A stretch of 64,000 nt of DNA. Origin: Saprospirales bacterium. GTDB taxonomy: Bacteria > Bacteroidota > Bacteroidia > Chitinophagales > UBA8649. Below, in pieces: positions 55,282 through 64,000 of this stretch (the stretch's first letter is position 1; each line of letters opens with the position of its first letter). The stretch spans positions 263 to 64,262 of the forward strand of contig PAPS01000018.1 in the NCBI GenBank assembly GCA_002708985.1. Reading direction: 5' to 3'. A program made the position numbers and the translations under genes. Below the pieces are notes generated by a model. It did not search any database. It had not been told where the DNA came from and was given only the letters and a program-made list of their open reading frames with translations.

Positions 55282-55863
55282 ATGGAATCGTTTCTCTCCA
55301 TACAAGGGGAAGGCGGACACCAAGGTAAAACAGCCCATTTCATTCGATTAGCAGGATGTGATGTGGGATGTCCCTTTTGTGATGTACCCGAGTCGTGGGA
55401 ATCTGAAGGCCACGAGACTCGGACAATTACTGATATATCGCGAGAAGTCGAAGAGAGTCCTGCTCCTTTTGTGGTAGTTACAGGTGGAGAGCCAGCAATG
55501 CATGATTTAACGCAATTGACAGACATAGTTCATGGGCACAAACGTCAGACACATATAGAAACATCTGGAGCATATCCATTGAGTGGATCTTGGGACTGGA
55601 TATGTGTATCTCCCAAAAGATTTAAAAAACCGCTCGATAGTGTCTTATTGCAGGCTCACGAAGTTAAAGTAGTTATAGCCCATCGTAACGACTTGCGCTG
55701 GGCTGAGAAGTTTGCCAATGCGGGAAATGAATCTACTCGTTACTTTCTACAACCTGAGTGGTCGGTAGTGGATGAAGTAATGCCACAAATTCTTTCTTTT
55801 ATGAATGAAAACATCCAGTGGGAGCTCAGCCTTCAAATTCATAAATACATAGGACTGCCATGA
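55282..55863 (+). CDS. queE: 7-carboxy-7-deazaguanine synthase (radical SAM)
   Basis: MESFLSIQGEGGHQGKTAHFIRLAGCDVGCPFCD. Confidence 0.85.
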   Translation: MESFLSIQGEGGHQGKTAHFIRLAGCDVGCPFCDVPESWESEGHETRTITDISREVEESPAPFVVVTGGEPAMHDLTQLTDIVHGHKRQTHIETSGAYPLSGSWDWICVSPKRFKKPLDSVLLQAHEVKVVIAHRNDLRWAEKFANAGNESTRYFLQPEWSVVDEVMPQILSFMNENIQWELSLQIHKYIGLP

Positions 55864-56303
55864 GATGTATCGTCCAAAGAGTATCGTCCGCAGCAGTTTA
55901 TGTTGAAGGTAAAGAGGTTGGCTCTATTGATCAAGGACTGCTGGTATTCGTAGGATTTGGACATAAAGATGATGAAGCACTTTTAGAACCTATGATTAAT
56001 AAGCTTCTTAAGCTCCGCATATTTTCTGATAAGGATGGCAGGATGAAGCGTAATATAATAGACATTAATGGGGAGATCTTACTTGTAAGTCAGTTTACTC
56101 TCTATGGGTCGCTAAAAAAGGGACATCGTCCAAGTTTTACTGAGGCATGCCCACCAGAAAGAGCCCAAATGCTTTACGATGCTTTGATAGGCAAAGCCGA
56201 ATCTATTTATCCCGGTATGATTCAGTCCGGAATCTTTGGTGCCGATATGAAGGTCAGTTTGCTAAATGATGGTCCGGTAACCCTATCTTTAGAACTCGTA
56301 TAA
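55860..56303 (+). CDS. dtd: D-aminoacyl-tRNA deacylase
   Basis: MRCIVQRVSSAAVYV...GLLVFVGFGHKDD...SQFTLYG and a C-terminal NDGPVT. Confidence 0.9.
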   Translation: MRCIVQRVSSAAVYVEGKEVGSIDQGLLVFVGFGHKDDEALLEPMINKLLKLRIFSDKDGRMKRNIIDINGEILLVSQFTLYGSLKKGHRPSFTEACPPERAQMLYDALIGKAESIYPGMIQSGIFGADMKVSLLNDGPVTLSLELV

Positions 56304-56314
56304 ATCATTGGAAA

Positions 56315-56788
56315 GTGAAAATCAAATTACTCATTCTTGATGTTGATGGCACGATGACCAATGGTCAGATTCATGTAAGTGCACAAGGAGAACTGTTTAA
56401 ATCCTTTAATGCCAAAGACGGCCACGGTATTCGTTCGGCTATGCAGAAAGGAGTAGAGGTTGCTATCATTTCGACAAGTAACAGTCGAGATATTATTGGG
56501 GCTCGCATGCATATGCTAGGTATCTCCCGCTGGTATGCTGGTCCACAAGATAAGCTTGAAGTCTTACGATCATGGATGCAAGAGCTTGACGTCGAAAAAG
56601 AGTCTATTGCTTTCATAGGTGATGATTTAAATGATCGGACCATCATGGAGTATATAGGACTGGCCGCATGTCCACAGGATGCAGTAGAAGAAATTAAGCT
56701 TCTCGCTGACGTAGTTTTGAATAAGAAGGGCGGGGAAGGTTGTGTACGAGAGTTTATTGATCGATTTATCCTTTCAACCAAAGATTAA
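56315..56788 (+). CDS. kdsC: KDO 8-phosphate phosphatase (HAD family)
   Basis: GTG start, LDVDGTMTNG and IGDDLND. Confidence 0.8.
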   Translation: MKIKLLILDVDGTMTNGQIHVSAQGELFKSFNAKDGHGIRSAMQKGVEVAIISTSNSRDIIGARMHMLGISRWYAGPQDKLEVLRSWMQELDVEKESIAFIGDDLNDRTIMEYIGLAACPQDAVEEIKLLADVVLNKKGGEGCVREFIDRFILSTKD

Positions 56789-56806
56789 TACTCGTAGTAC
56801 CACATA

Positions 56807-57640
56807 ATGGAGGACGGTAAGCATTCTACTCATCTTCGAGTTATATTGGATAACAGGGGCCGTAGGCTGACAATGCTCGACCTATGTCGTATTGATTCAT
56901 TCGGTAACAAACGATTTAAACTGGAGGGCTTTCTGTTGGAGGCACAGCGACAAGGAAATACGGCGCTCATTTCTGTAGGAGGTAACCGCTCAAATCATCT
57001 CCATGCTTTGGCAAATATCGGACAAGAAGTTAATCTGACCACTATTGGGATCGTTCGAGGTGAAGAGATAAGTACGCCAACATTAGACGACTGTAAAGCC
57101 AAGGGAATGATTTTACACTTTATTTCTCGAAATGAGTTTAATGAGCGGCATTCATCGGCCTTTAAAAAGTCATGGTTGAAAAGATATCCAAGGGCATTAT
57201 TTATTCCTGAAGGAGGAAGCGGTTTTTTAGGGACATTGGGTGTCGTTAACATACTATCGGGAATCAATTTATCAGTATACAATCGCCTAGTCTTACCTGT
57301 AGGTAGTGGTGGCACCTATATGGGGCTATCGGAACTGGTGGGCGACAGGCTATGGGGATATCCAATGGTTCGCGATGCTTCACTTCCAAAACGTATGCAA
57401 GACTTTCTTCCAACGGCCAATTTATCTGACATACAATTGGATTACTCTGCGGCAGGTAGAGGATTTGCCAAGCTTCGCCCAGAAGACTTGAAATTTCAAC
57501 ATTACTTTCTTGAAGAAATAGGTGTTTTACTAGATAAAACCTATAATCTAAAGCTTGCTCGGCATCTGTTTCAAGACGAGTCTTGGTCAGGGCATTGGCT
57601 TTGGATAAATACCGGTGGCTTACAGGCGGACAGGGATTGA
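56807..57640 (+). CDS. ACC deaminase/D-cysteine desulfhydrase family PLP enzyme
   Basis: FGNKRFKLEG (PLP-Lys motif) and GGNRSNH. Confidence 0.7.
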   Translation: MEDGKHSTHLRVILDNRGRRLTMLDLCRIDSFGNKRFKLEGFLLEAQRQGNTALISVGGNRSNHLHALANIGQEVNLTTIGIVRGEEISTPTLDDCKAKGMILHFISRNEFNERHSSAFKKSWLKRYPRALFIPEGGSGFLGTLGVVNILSGINLSVYNRLVLPVGSGGTYMGLSELVGDRLWGYPMVRDASLPKRMQDFLPTANLSDIQLDYSAAGRGFAKLRPEDLKFQHYFLEEIGVLLDKTYNLKLARHLFQDESWSGHWLWINTGGLQADRD

Positions 57641-57721
57641 GAAATACCGGATACTTATTTGTTCAGCGGCACATTTTTTGGGGAACATATCTTACCCGCA
57701 GGGAGGGGGTGGATTGGGTGC

Positions 57722-58573
57722 CTACTCCTCAACGCGCAAAATATCAGCTAGCGACATCATATCACTTGCACGAAAGCCTTTTTTGGTTTGAATAACCCGA
57801 CTGCATTCAATGACTGGATCGTGCTCATAGAAAAGAATAAAGTTATTTTCAGCAGCTTCTGCTAAAAAGGCCTCTTTTTCTCGGATAGTTTGCAAAGGAT
57901 CAATATCATAGCCCATGACCCATGCCAAAGGAATGTGCGTAGGGGACGGTAACAAATCAGCCATGAAGACTAGGGTTTCCTCTCCAATTTCAAGATGGGG
58001 GATGAGCATACCATGGGTATGTCCATCGGCAATGGCAAACCACAACTCTGGAATAATCTCTGTATCGTCGTTGATAAATTTCAGCATGCCACTTTCTTTA
58101 ATGGGCAAAATATTCTCCTTGAGAAATGATGCGCGCTCCCTTGGATTAGGGTCAGTAGCCCATTTCCAATGATTTTCTTCGCTCCAATGAATGGCGTTGG
58201 GAAAGGTCAACTCCAAGTCGTCGTTCGGCCGCCTTTGAACGGCGCCACCACAATGGTCGAAGTGAAGGTGGGTTAAGACAACATCGGTAATCTCTTCTCT
58301 TGTGTATCCAGCACGCGCAATGGAGGCCAATAAATCGCCTTCTCCATGGGGTTCAAAATGTGAACGAAATTTATCATCTTGTTTATTTCCCATCCCGGTA
58401 TCAATGAGGATAACCCTTCCATGGGCTTCAATGAGGAGGCATCGCATCGCCCATGTGCAACGATTGTTTTCGTCAGCAGGTTGATGTCTATTCCAAAGGG
58501 TTTTAGGTACGACACCGAACATAGCTCCCCCATCGAGTTTGAAATGTCCTGTGTCGATAACATGAAGATTCAT
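57722..58573 (-). CDS. MBL-fold metallo-hydrolase
   Basis: LTHLHFDHCGG. Start moved to MNLHVIDTG, which forms a TAATG overlap with the ribH stop. Confidence 0.75.
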   Translation of the reverse strand: MNLHVIDTGHFKLDGGAMFGVVPKTLWNRHQPADENNRCTWAMRCLLIEAHGRVILIDTGMGNKQDDKFRSHFEPHGEGDLLASIARAGYTREEITDVVLTHLHFDHCGGAVQRRPNDDLELTFPNAIHWSEENHWKWATDPNPRERASFLKENILPIKESGMLKFINDDTEIIPELWFAIADGHTHGMLIPHLEIGEETLVFMADLLPSPTHIPLAWVMGYDIDPLQTIREKEAFLAEAAENNFILFYEHDPVIECSRVIQTKKGFRASDMMSLADILRVEE

Positions 58574-59019
58574 TACGTTAGTTTGGATTTGAGTTGAATC
58601 ATTTCCATCAGAGCATGCGCACAATCCTCACCCTTATGCGACTTTCTTTCTACAGAATAATTGCCTCCTGCACGAGCCCAAGCTTGATCTTTTGTATTCG
58701 TGGTTAGTACTCCATTAATAATGGGTTTACCATAATCCAAGGCGAGCATTGTAAAATGATGAAAAACACTTTGATTGATGTAGGTATCGTGATCGGTTTG
58801 ACCTTTAATCACACAACCCAATGCTATGATTCCATCGAATTGTTTTGAGTCTAGAGCCCATTTTGCCACAAGAGGTAGTTCATAAGCTCCTGTTACGCTG
58901 TAAGTAGTAATCGAGGAAGCTTTTATTCCATAGTCTTCTCTCAGGGTATTGATAACACCAGAATGAAGGGCAGCCGAAATTTCCTTGTAGTATGCGGCTT
59001 CTATAATGGCAATTCGCAT
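58573..59019 (-). CDS. ribH: 6,7-dimethyl-8-ribityllumazine synthase
   Basis: VTGAYELPL...IIALGCVIKGQTDH. Confidence 0.9.
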   Translation of the reverse strand: MRIAIIEAAYYKEISAALHSGVINTLREDYGIKASSITTYSVTGAYELPLVAKWALDSKQFDGIIALGCVIKGQTDHDTYINQSVFHHFTMLALDYGKPIINGVLTTNTKDQAWARAGGNYSVERKSHKGEDCAHALMEMIQLKSKLT

Positions 59020-59039
59020 TGCAGGAGAAAATCTATTAA

Positions 59040-59774
59040 TTACTTGGTGTAGTTCAGGAGACCGTCTATAGAATACTCTGCAACACCACCGCCCGCGTCA
59101 TATTGAAGATAGAGATGGTGATCTGGAAATTCATTGATTTCTTGACATCTGCTATGGGCAGAAGGCATATCATTCATACGGATATGATAGAGTACATCTT
59201 TAAGTAAAAGAGATAACAAGATCTTGGGACGGTCTGTTGGCGCATTGGTGATCGCTTCATCGTAATGCTTACCAGCAGATTCCATATCTCCTAGACTTGA
59301 TACAATATCACCTTCAAGAGAATGTCGGATCCAAGAATACCCTTCTGGAGCCTCCCATTGATTGAGGAAAGTAAGTGCTTCTTCGAAATTTCCGTTATCA
59401 AACTCGCGTGCGGCGGCTAAGAGCTGTGCACTTTCCTCCGAAGCATTTTCTATACCTGCTGGTATAGTATTGAAATACCCAGCAACTTTATTTGCATTCG
59501 TCAACGAACTGTCGTTGGCATAAGCCTCTCCGAATTCACCACTACCACCAGCGGACATGCCATTGGGAAGTTCGTCAGCGGTGTTTTTGTTTGACATAAA
59601 CATGAGGACTGCCACAGCAATGCCTATGGCTAACACACCAAGAATCATCGTCTTATTGTCTTCATATAACTTACCTAAGCCCTCAGCCTCGTCATTAGAC
59701 GAATCGACTTGAGTTTCTTCAACTTGATGTTGAGCATTTTCATGGTTGTCTTTAGGTGTCTTATCGTTTTCCAT
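59040..59774 (-). CDS. Membrane-anchored TPR-like (YfgM-like) protein
   Basis: Acidic N-terminus, one TM helix (ILGVLAIGIAVAVLMF), and a helical-repeat C-domain. Confidence 0.45.
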   Translation of the reverse strand: MENDKTPKDNHENAQHQVEETQVDSSNDEAEGLGKLYEDNKTMILGVLAIGIAVAVLMFMSNKNTADELPNGMSAGGSGEFGEAYANDSSLTNANKVAGYFNTIPAGIENASEESAQLLAAAREFDNGNFEEALTFLNQWEAPEGYSWIRHSLEGDIVSSLGDMESAGKHYDEAITNAPTDRPKILLSLLLKDVLYHIRMNDMPSAHSRCQEINEFPDHHLYLQYDAGGGVAEYSIDGLLNYTK

Positions 59775-59795
59775 TGCACGTTAATTTACAATTGA

Positions 59796-60803
59796 TTAGA
59801 AATCATCAGTTAAAAATGGATATTCATCTTGATAAATATCCTTATATACTTCCGCGTTATCCGGCCAAGGACTGTTTTCAGCGAATTCTATGCAATCAGC
59901 CACTTCTTCTTTCACCGCTTGATCGATGGCTTTGATCACATCTTCTTTTACTTTATACGTCTCAAGGAGATAACCTTTTACCACTTGGATTGGATCCTGA
60001 TCGCGATAACTGTTGAGCTCATCTCGTGTTCTGTATTTCTGGGGGTCAGACATTGAGTGTCCTTTAAAGCGGTAGGTTTTTATCTCCACTAAACTTGGTC
60101 CTTTGCCACTTCGCGCGTGCTCTATAACTTCAGCCATTGTGTCTGCCACGGCATCTGGATCCATACCATCGCATACTGGTGTTGGCATCCCTTGATAGGA
60201 TGCTATAGAAGCAAGGTTGTCTACTACAGTTGTTCGAGCTTGGGATGTTCCCATGGCATAGCCGTTATTTTCACAAACAAAGACTACTGGTAGATTCCAA
60301 AGTTTGGCAAGATTGATGGATTCATGGAGCATTCCCTGCCATGCAGCGCCATCTCCGAAAACACAAACAGTTACACGATTAGTTTTATTGTATTTGTCAG
60401 CAAATGCAATTCCTGCGCCAAGACCAATCTGACCACCCACAATTCCGTGTCCTCCAAAAAAGCGATTCTCTTTATCAAAGAAATGCATGGAGCCACCTTT
60501 TCCCTTACTACATCCTGTTGCTTTCCCAAAAAGCTCTGCCATAGCTTCTCGCATAGACATTCCCTTGGCTATTGCAAGACCGTGGTCTCGATAAGCTGTA
60601 ATAAGATTGTCATCCTTGTCCATTGCTTCCATCATGCCTGAAGCAATTGCTTCTTGACCGATGTAGAGGTGACAAAACCCTCTTATTTTCTGTTGTCCAT
60701 ATAGTGAACCTGCTTTCTCTTCAAAACGACGAAGTCTAAGCATTAATTCGTACCACGATAAGTAGGTTTCTTTAGAACGTGGTAATTTAACTTTCTTGGC
60801 CAT
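59796..60803 (-). CDS. pdhA: Pyruvate dehydrogenase E1 component, alpha subunit
   Basis: YRDHG...GKGGSMH...VCVFGDGA...ENNGYAMGT (TPP-binding). Confidence 0.9.
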   Translation of the reverse strand: MAKKVKLPRSKETYLSWYELMLRLRRFEEKAGSLYGQQKIRGFCHLYIGQEAIASGMMEAMDKDDNLITAYRDHGLAIAKGMSMREAMAELFGKATGCSKGKGGSMHFFDKENRFFGGHGIVGGQIGLGAGIAFADKYNKTNRVTVCVFGDGAAWQGMLHESINLAKLWNLPVVFVCENNGYAMGTSQARTTVVDNLASIASYQGMPTPVCDGMDPDAVADTMAEVIEHARSGKGPSLVEIKTYRFKGHSMSDPQKYRTRDELNSYRDQDPIQVVKGYLLETYKVKEDVIKAIDQAVKEEVADCIEFAENSPWPDNAEVYKDIYQDEYPFLTDDF

Positions 60804-60836
60804 GGTTAAAACATCAAAATTTGATACCCAAAAGTA

Positions 60837-61916
60837 ATGTTTCTTAAAGAACTACACCTAAAGCATTTTAAGTCCCACGAATCCTTTGATGTTGATTTTA
60901 CAAAACGTATTTCATTGATATGTGGTGTGAATGGTTCGGGAAAAACGAATGTGCTAGATGCTTTAGGTCTGATTGGAAAGGGAAAACCTTTTTTTGCAGA
61001 ATCTGACGTGCGTTGTATTCAGGATGAAGCAGCCTTTTTTCGAGTAGAAGGTATGGTAGAGGATAATGAAGGGCTGCTGAAGAACATTCTTGTGTTTCAC
61101 GATGGCACTAAAAAAAGAATTCAGCTAGATCATGAAGAGATAGCAAGTAGGTCAAGCATGGCATCATGGTTTCCAATGCTGTTGCACAGTCCCTACAGCT
61201 TTAAACTAATTACCGGTGGGGCAGAGGAGCGGAGGCGTTGGATGGATAGGATGCTATCAATGATTGACCCATCCTATCTGAGTTGTCGACTGAATTATCA
61301 AAAAGTACTTAACCAACGTACAGAATTTGTTAAAAAGAATGGTATGATGTCCCATAATCCGATAACGGATTTATTGGATGTCTATGATGAGCAGCTTTAT
61401 GAGCTTGGCAAATTAATCTTTGACACGCGCTTGATTTTTGTACAAGGGCTCAAAGAAATTTTTGATCAAACCGTTGATCAATTTGAGTTTGCTGGCCGCA
61501 AGTTGCAATTTGACTATCTGAGTGTTTACCATCATAATGACCCCAAAACTCAACAACGAAAGGCTCGGTCAAATGACTTAAGACTTGGGCGGTCTACCTG
61601 GGGAGTCCATCGTGACGACTTAAAGTTTACCTTAAAGGCGAGCAAGCTGCGATGGGAGGCATCGCAAGGCCAACAGAAAGTGTTTTTATTAGCTATGCTA
61701 TTTGCAGCAGCTCAATTTGTTGAATCCCGTTCAGGCAAGACCCCGTTGCTTCTATTTGACGATGTGTTTGATCGTTTGGATGAGCATCGCCAAAACTTAT
61801 TTGCTCAATCCATTGATGGCATTAAAAATCAGGTATTGCTTACCCATACATCGAAAAATTATCCAGCATCATTTTGTGATGGAATTGGGATTTTTGATTT
61901 GACTCCATTAACTTGA
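60837..61916 (+). CDS. recF: DNA replication/repair protein RecF
   Basis: Walker A GVNGSGKTNVLDAL, signature SQGQQK and Walker B LLLFDDV. Confidence 0.9.
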   Translation: MFLKELHLKHFKSHESFDVDFTKRISLICGVNGSGKTNVLDALGLIGKGKPFFAESDVRCIQDEAAFFRVEGMVEDNEGLLKNILVFHDGTKKRIQLDHEEIASRSSMASWFPMLLHSPYSFKLITGGAEERRRWMDRMLSMIDPSYLSCRLNYQKVLNQRTEFVKKNGMMSHNPITDLLDVYDEQLYELGKLIFDTRLIFVQGLKEIFDQTVDQFEFAGRKLQFDYLSVYHHNDPKTQQRKARSNDLRLGRSTWGVHRDDLKFTLKASKLRWEASQGQQKVFLLAMLFAAAQFVESRSGKTPLLLFDDVFDRLDEHRQNLFAQSIDGIKNQVLLTHTSKNYPASFCDGIGIFDLTPLT

Positions 61917-61920
61917 GGTA

Positions 61921-62196
61921 GTGAAATCTTTAGGAGAGTTATTTGACGATTACGCCCAAAAACCAGAATTAGACGGCAAGCTAAAAGAAACAAGAATTCG
62001 TCAGGCTTGGGCCTCTATTGCTGGAGAGTACATTGCAAAGTATACAACCTATTTGAGGTTGCGAGATGACAGTTTGCTGGTTGAGATTAATGATAGCACC
62101 CTACGTCATGAACTTTTTCTTCACAAAGAAGAGGTCATGAATAAGGTAAATGTTTTTTTAGGAGAGCAACTAGTCAATCAAATTCAAATACGATAA
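61921..62196 (+). CDS. DUF721 domain protein
   Basis: GTG start, 91 aa. The gene sits in the position after recF, and ...LLVEINDSTLRHEL... matches the DUF721 pattern. Confidence 0.65.
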   Translation: MKSLGELFDDYAQKPELDGKLKETRIRQAWASIAGEYIAKYTTYLRLRDDSLLVEINDSTLRHELFLHKEEVMNKVNVFLGEQLVNQIQIR

Positions 62197-63033
62197 ATGG
62201 TTATTCGCGGATTAATTTTTGTCATGTGCTGCTTGATGGTATCCTTCGTCGAGGCTCAAGATAGTTCTGAGGATAATTCGGCAGGTAAATCAATTGAGCT
62301 CAGTGATGGCACCCTTCTCTTTAACTTTTCATCGCTTGATGGTGCAACCCTTAAAAATGATAGATTAAGTTCTGCTGATTCATCACGTATTGAGTTTTTG
62401 TTGCTCCGAGCTCAATTAGAGATTGATGCAGACAACTTCAGAAAGGCTCAAAAATTTCTTAAGAAGGTCCTTCGTTTGGACGAAAATAATGGGGAGGCAT
62501 TTCGAAATCTTGGGGATATCCATGCCTTTCAAGAAAAGTACAAGGATGCTGTGTTATACTATCTCAAATGCCTTCCGCTCCTTGATTCTGCATCTATGGC
62601 GTATTATAATTTAGGTCAAACCTATATGCGCATGGAACGATGTCAAGATGCGTTGGAATGCTTTACGATACTGCGTCAATTAGAGGATGCACCGGAAAAC
62701 ACCTTGATAAGCCTTGCTCAGGCGAATGGTGCATGTGGTAATCTGCATGCTGCTCTCGGTAATCTTAGCGACTATTTACACCTTAATCCCACGTCTTTGC
62801 CAGAATTAAGATACCGAGCGCAAATCTATATGGAGATTGGTTTTTTTGCCGATGCGCTAGCTGACCTGGACCTCTATTTAACCGCTGTGGACGATGCCAA
62901 AAGTTACTATCTCAGAGGACTTGCAAGAATCCAAGGAGGTAAGGATCTTATTGATGCCTGTGAAGATTTTGTTCGATCGCGGGATTTAGGGAATTACGAG
63001 GCAGAGCGAGCGCTCAAAAAGTATTGTAATTAA
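62197..63033 (+). CDS. Tetratricopeptide repeat protein
   Basis: Signal peptide and several 34-aa TPR-like units (A..YYNLGQTYM..., AL..L..YL...P). Confidence 0.6.
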   Translation: MVIRGLIFVMCCLMVSFVEAQDSSEDNSAGKSIELSDGTLLFNFSSLDGATLKNDRLSSADSSRIEFLLLRAQLEIDADNFRKAQKFLKKVLRLDENNGEAFRNLGDIHAFQEKYKDAVLYYLKCLPLLDSASMAYYNLGQTYMRMERCQDALECFTILRQLEDAPENTLISLAQANGACGNLHAALGNLSDYLHLNPTSLPELRYRAQIYMEIGFFADALADLDLYLTAVDDAKSYYLRGLARIQGGKDLIDACEDFVRSRDLGNYEAERALKKYCN

Positions 63034-63037
63034 TCTT

Positions 63038-63640
63038 GTGTTTACCATTTTCGCAATACGTCATGGAGAGACTGAGGAAAACACGCTGAGGATCCTACAA
63101 GGTCAAAGCAAAGGTAGATTAGCTGAATCGGGACAGCACCAATCGCTGCGACTCGGTCTATATTTACAGAGTACTACATTCAATCATGTAATTATTAGTG
63201 ACTTACAACGAACTCAAGATACATGGCAATGGATGGGGCTAAATCAGCCGGTTAGTTTTGATGCGCGTTTAAGAGAAAGAGCTTTTGGCAGGTATGAAGG
63301 GCTCCCTCGTGATCAAGTAATGCATGCTGGTTTTGATGAATTAGAAATCGAACCAAAAGGTGCCTTCTTTCGGCGAGTTAGTTCGTTTGTCGATGAGCGG
63401 GTTGCCCATTACATGGCCAACAAGGATCAAGACGAATACCGCGAGCTGTGGGTCACCCATGGGGGAACCTTACGAATCATTCTGTATTACCTTTGCAATC
63501 GATTTCAGGTGGAAACACCACAAACTCGATTTGATAATACAGGAATAACGGAATATAGAATACAAGATGGTGCGCTACACATTGAGCGCCTCAACGATTT
63601 ACAGCACCTTCGCAGAGAAAAATCTTCCCAACGATTTTAG
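63038..63640 (+). CDS. Histidine phosphatase (phosphoglycerate mutase-like) family protein
   Basis: GTG start, with [10 protein letters not shown] and VTHGGTLR. Confidence 0.75.
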   Translation: MFTIFAIRHGETEENTLRILQGQSKGRLAESGQHQSLRLGLYLQSTTFNHVIISDLQRTQDTWQWMGLNQPVSFDARLRERAFGRYEGLPRDQVMHAGFDELEIEPKGAFFRRVSSFVDERVAHYMANKDQDEYRELWVTHGGTLRIILYYLCNRFQVETPQTRFDNTGITEYRIQDGALHIERLNDLQHLRREKSSQRF

Positions 63641-64000
63641 CGCACCTCGTCGCGACCGCTGAAAAAGAAGCTTCCTTCAATAATGGCGTTTTCATCCGAA
63701 TCAGAACCATGCACGGCATTTTCACCAATGCTCGAGCCGAATTGTGCACGAATACTTCCTTCAGCAGCTTCTGCAGGATTGGTAGCCCCAATAAACGCTC
63801 TAAAAGCCTCTACTGCGTTATCTTTTTCTAGGATGGCGGCGTAGATCGGCCCGGAGCTCATAAAGTCAGTTAACCTGTCATAGAACGGACGTTCTGCGTG
63901 AATTGCATAGAATTGCTCTGCCTCAGCTTTGGTAAGACGGGTATATTTAAGGGCCACCACTTTAAAGCCTCCTTTGATTATCTGATCTAACATTGCTCCT
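63637..64000 (-). CDS. ndk: Nucleoside-diphosphate kinase (N-terminus runs off the window)
   Basis: [18 protein letters not shown]...GATNP..A..GSIR..F......NAVHGSDS. Confidence 0.85.
   Translation of the reverse strand, partial: GAMLDQIIKGGFKVVALKYTRLTKAEAEQFYAIHAERPFYDRLTDFMSSGPIYAAILEKDNAVEAFRAFIGATNPAEAAEGSIRAQFGSSIGENAVHGSDSDENAIIEGSFFFSGRDEVR

Overview
This 64-kb window looks like a chromosomal segment of a Bacteroidota genome, probably Flavobacteriia-like. Evidence for that placement is six proteins ending in T9SS type-A sorting domains, a TonB-dependent receptor paired with a DUF5689-like lipoprotein, DUF2147 and DUF721, and one TAnnTTTG-type promoter box. No rRNA genes, CRISPR arrays, transposases or integrases are visible. 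Most of the window is densely packed housekeeping: mdh, tilS, etfBA, hppA, aat/clpS, sufE, dacB, prmC, ribD, folD, floA/nfeD, rlmH, ltaE, queE, dtd, kdsC, ribH, pdhA, recF and ndk, plus one tRNA-Arg(TCG). Five patches stand out. (1) 1..5150 is an accessory block abutting the 3' end of the tRNA. It holds tandem surface-fibre paralogs with a shared N-module and swapped lectin-like heads, a collagen-like repeat, an ORF with a stop codon inside its signal peptide, and small Cys-rich lipoproteins. (2) 31050..37647 is a TonB-receptor/DUF5689/nuclease locus that looks like an extracellular-DNA scavenging system. (3) 41255..41875 is an AT-rich orphan gene. (4) 44517..51072 is the main candidate for an undescribed system: a tightly coupled seven-gene minus-strand operon. 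It combines a YdjI-type SPFH protein, two GYF_2 domains flanked by polyproline, a TerB-like zinc-ribbon protein, a triple PH-like protein, a 4-TM protein and a voltage-gated channel with a Cav-like TGEDW filter. (5) 53194..55134 is a T9SS protein with a cupredoxin inserted between nuclease-type OB-like modules. All family assignments come from motif recognition by eye. No searches were run.
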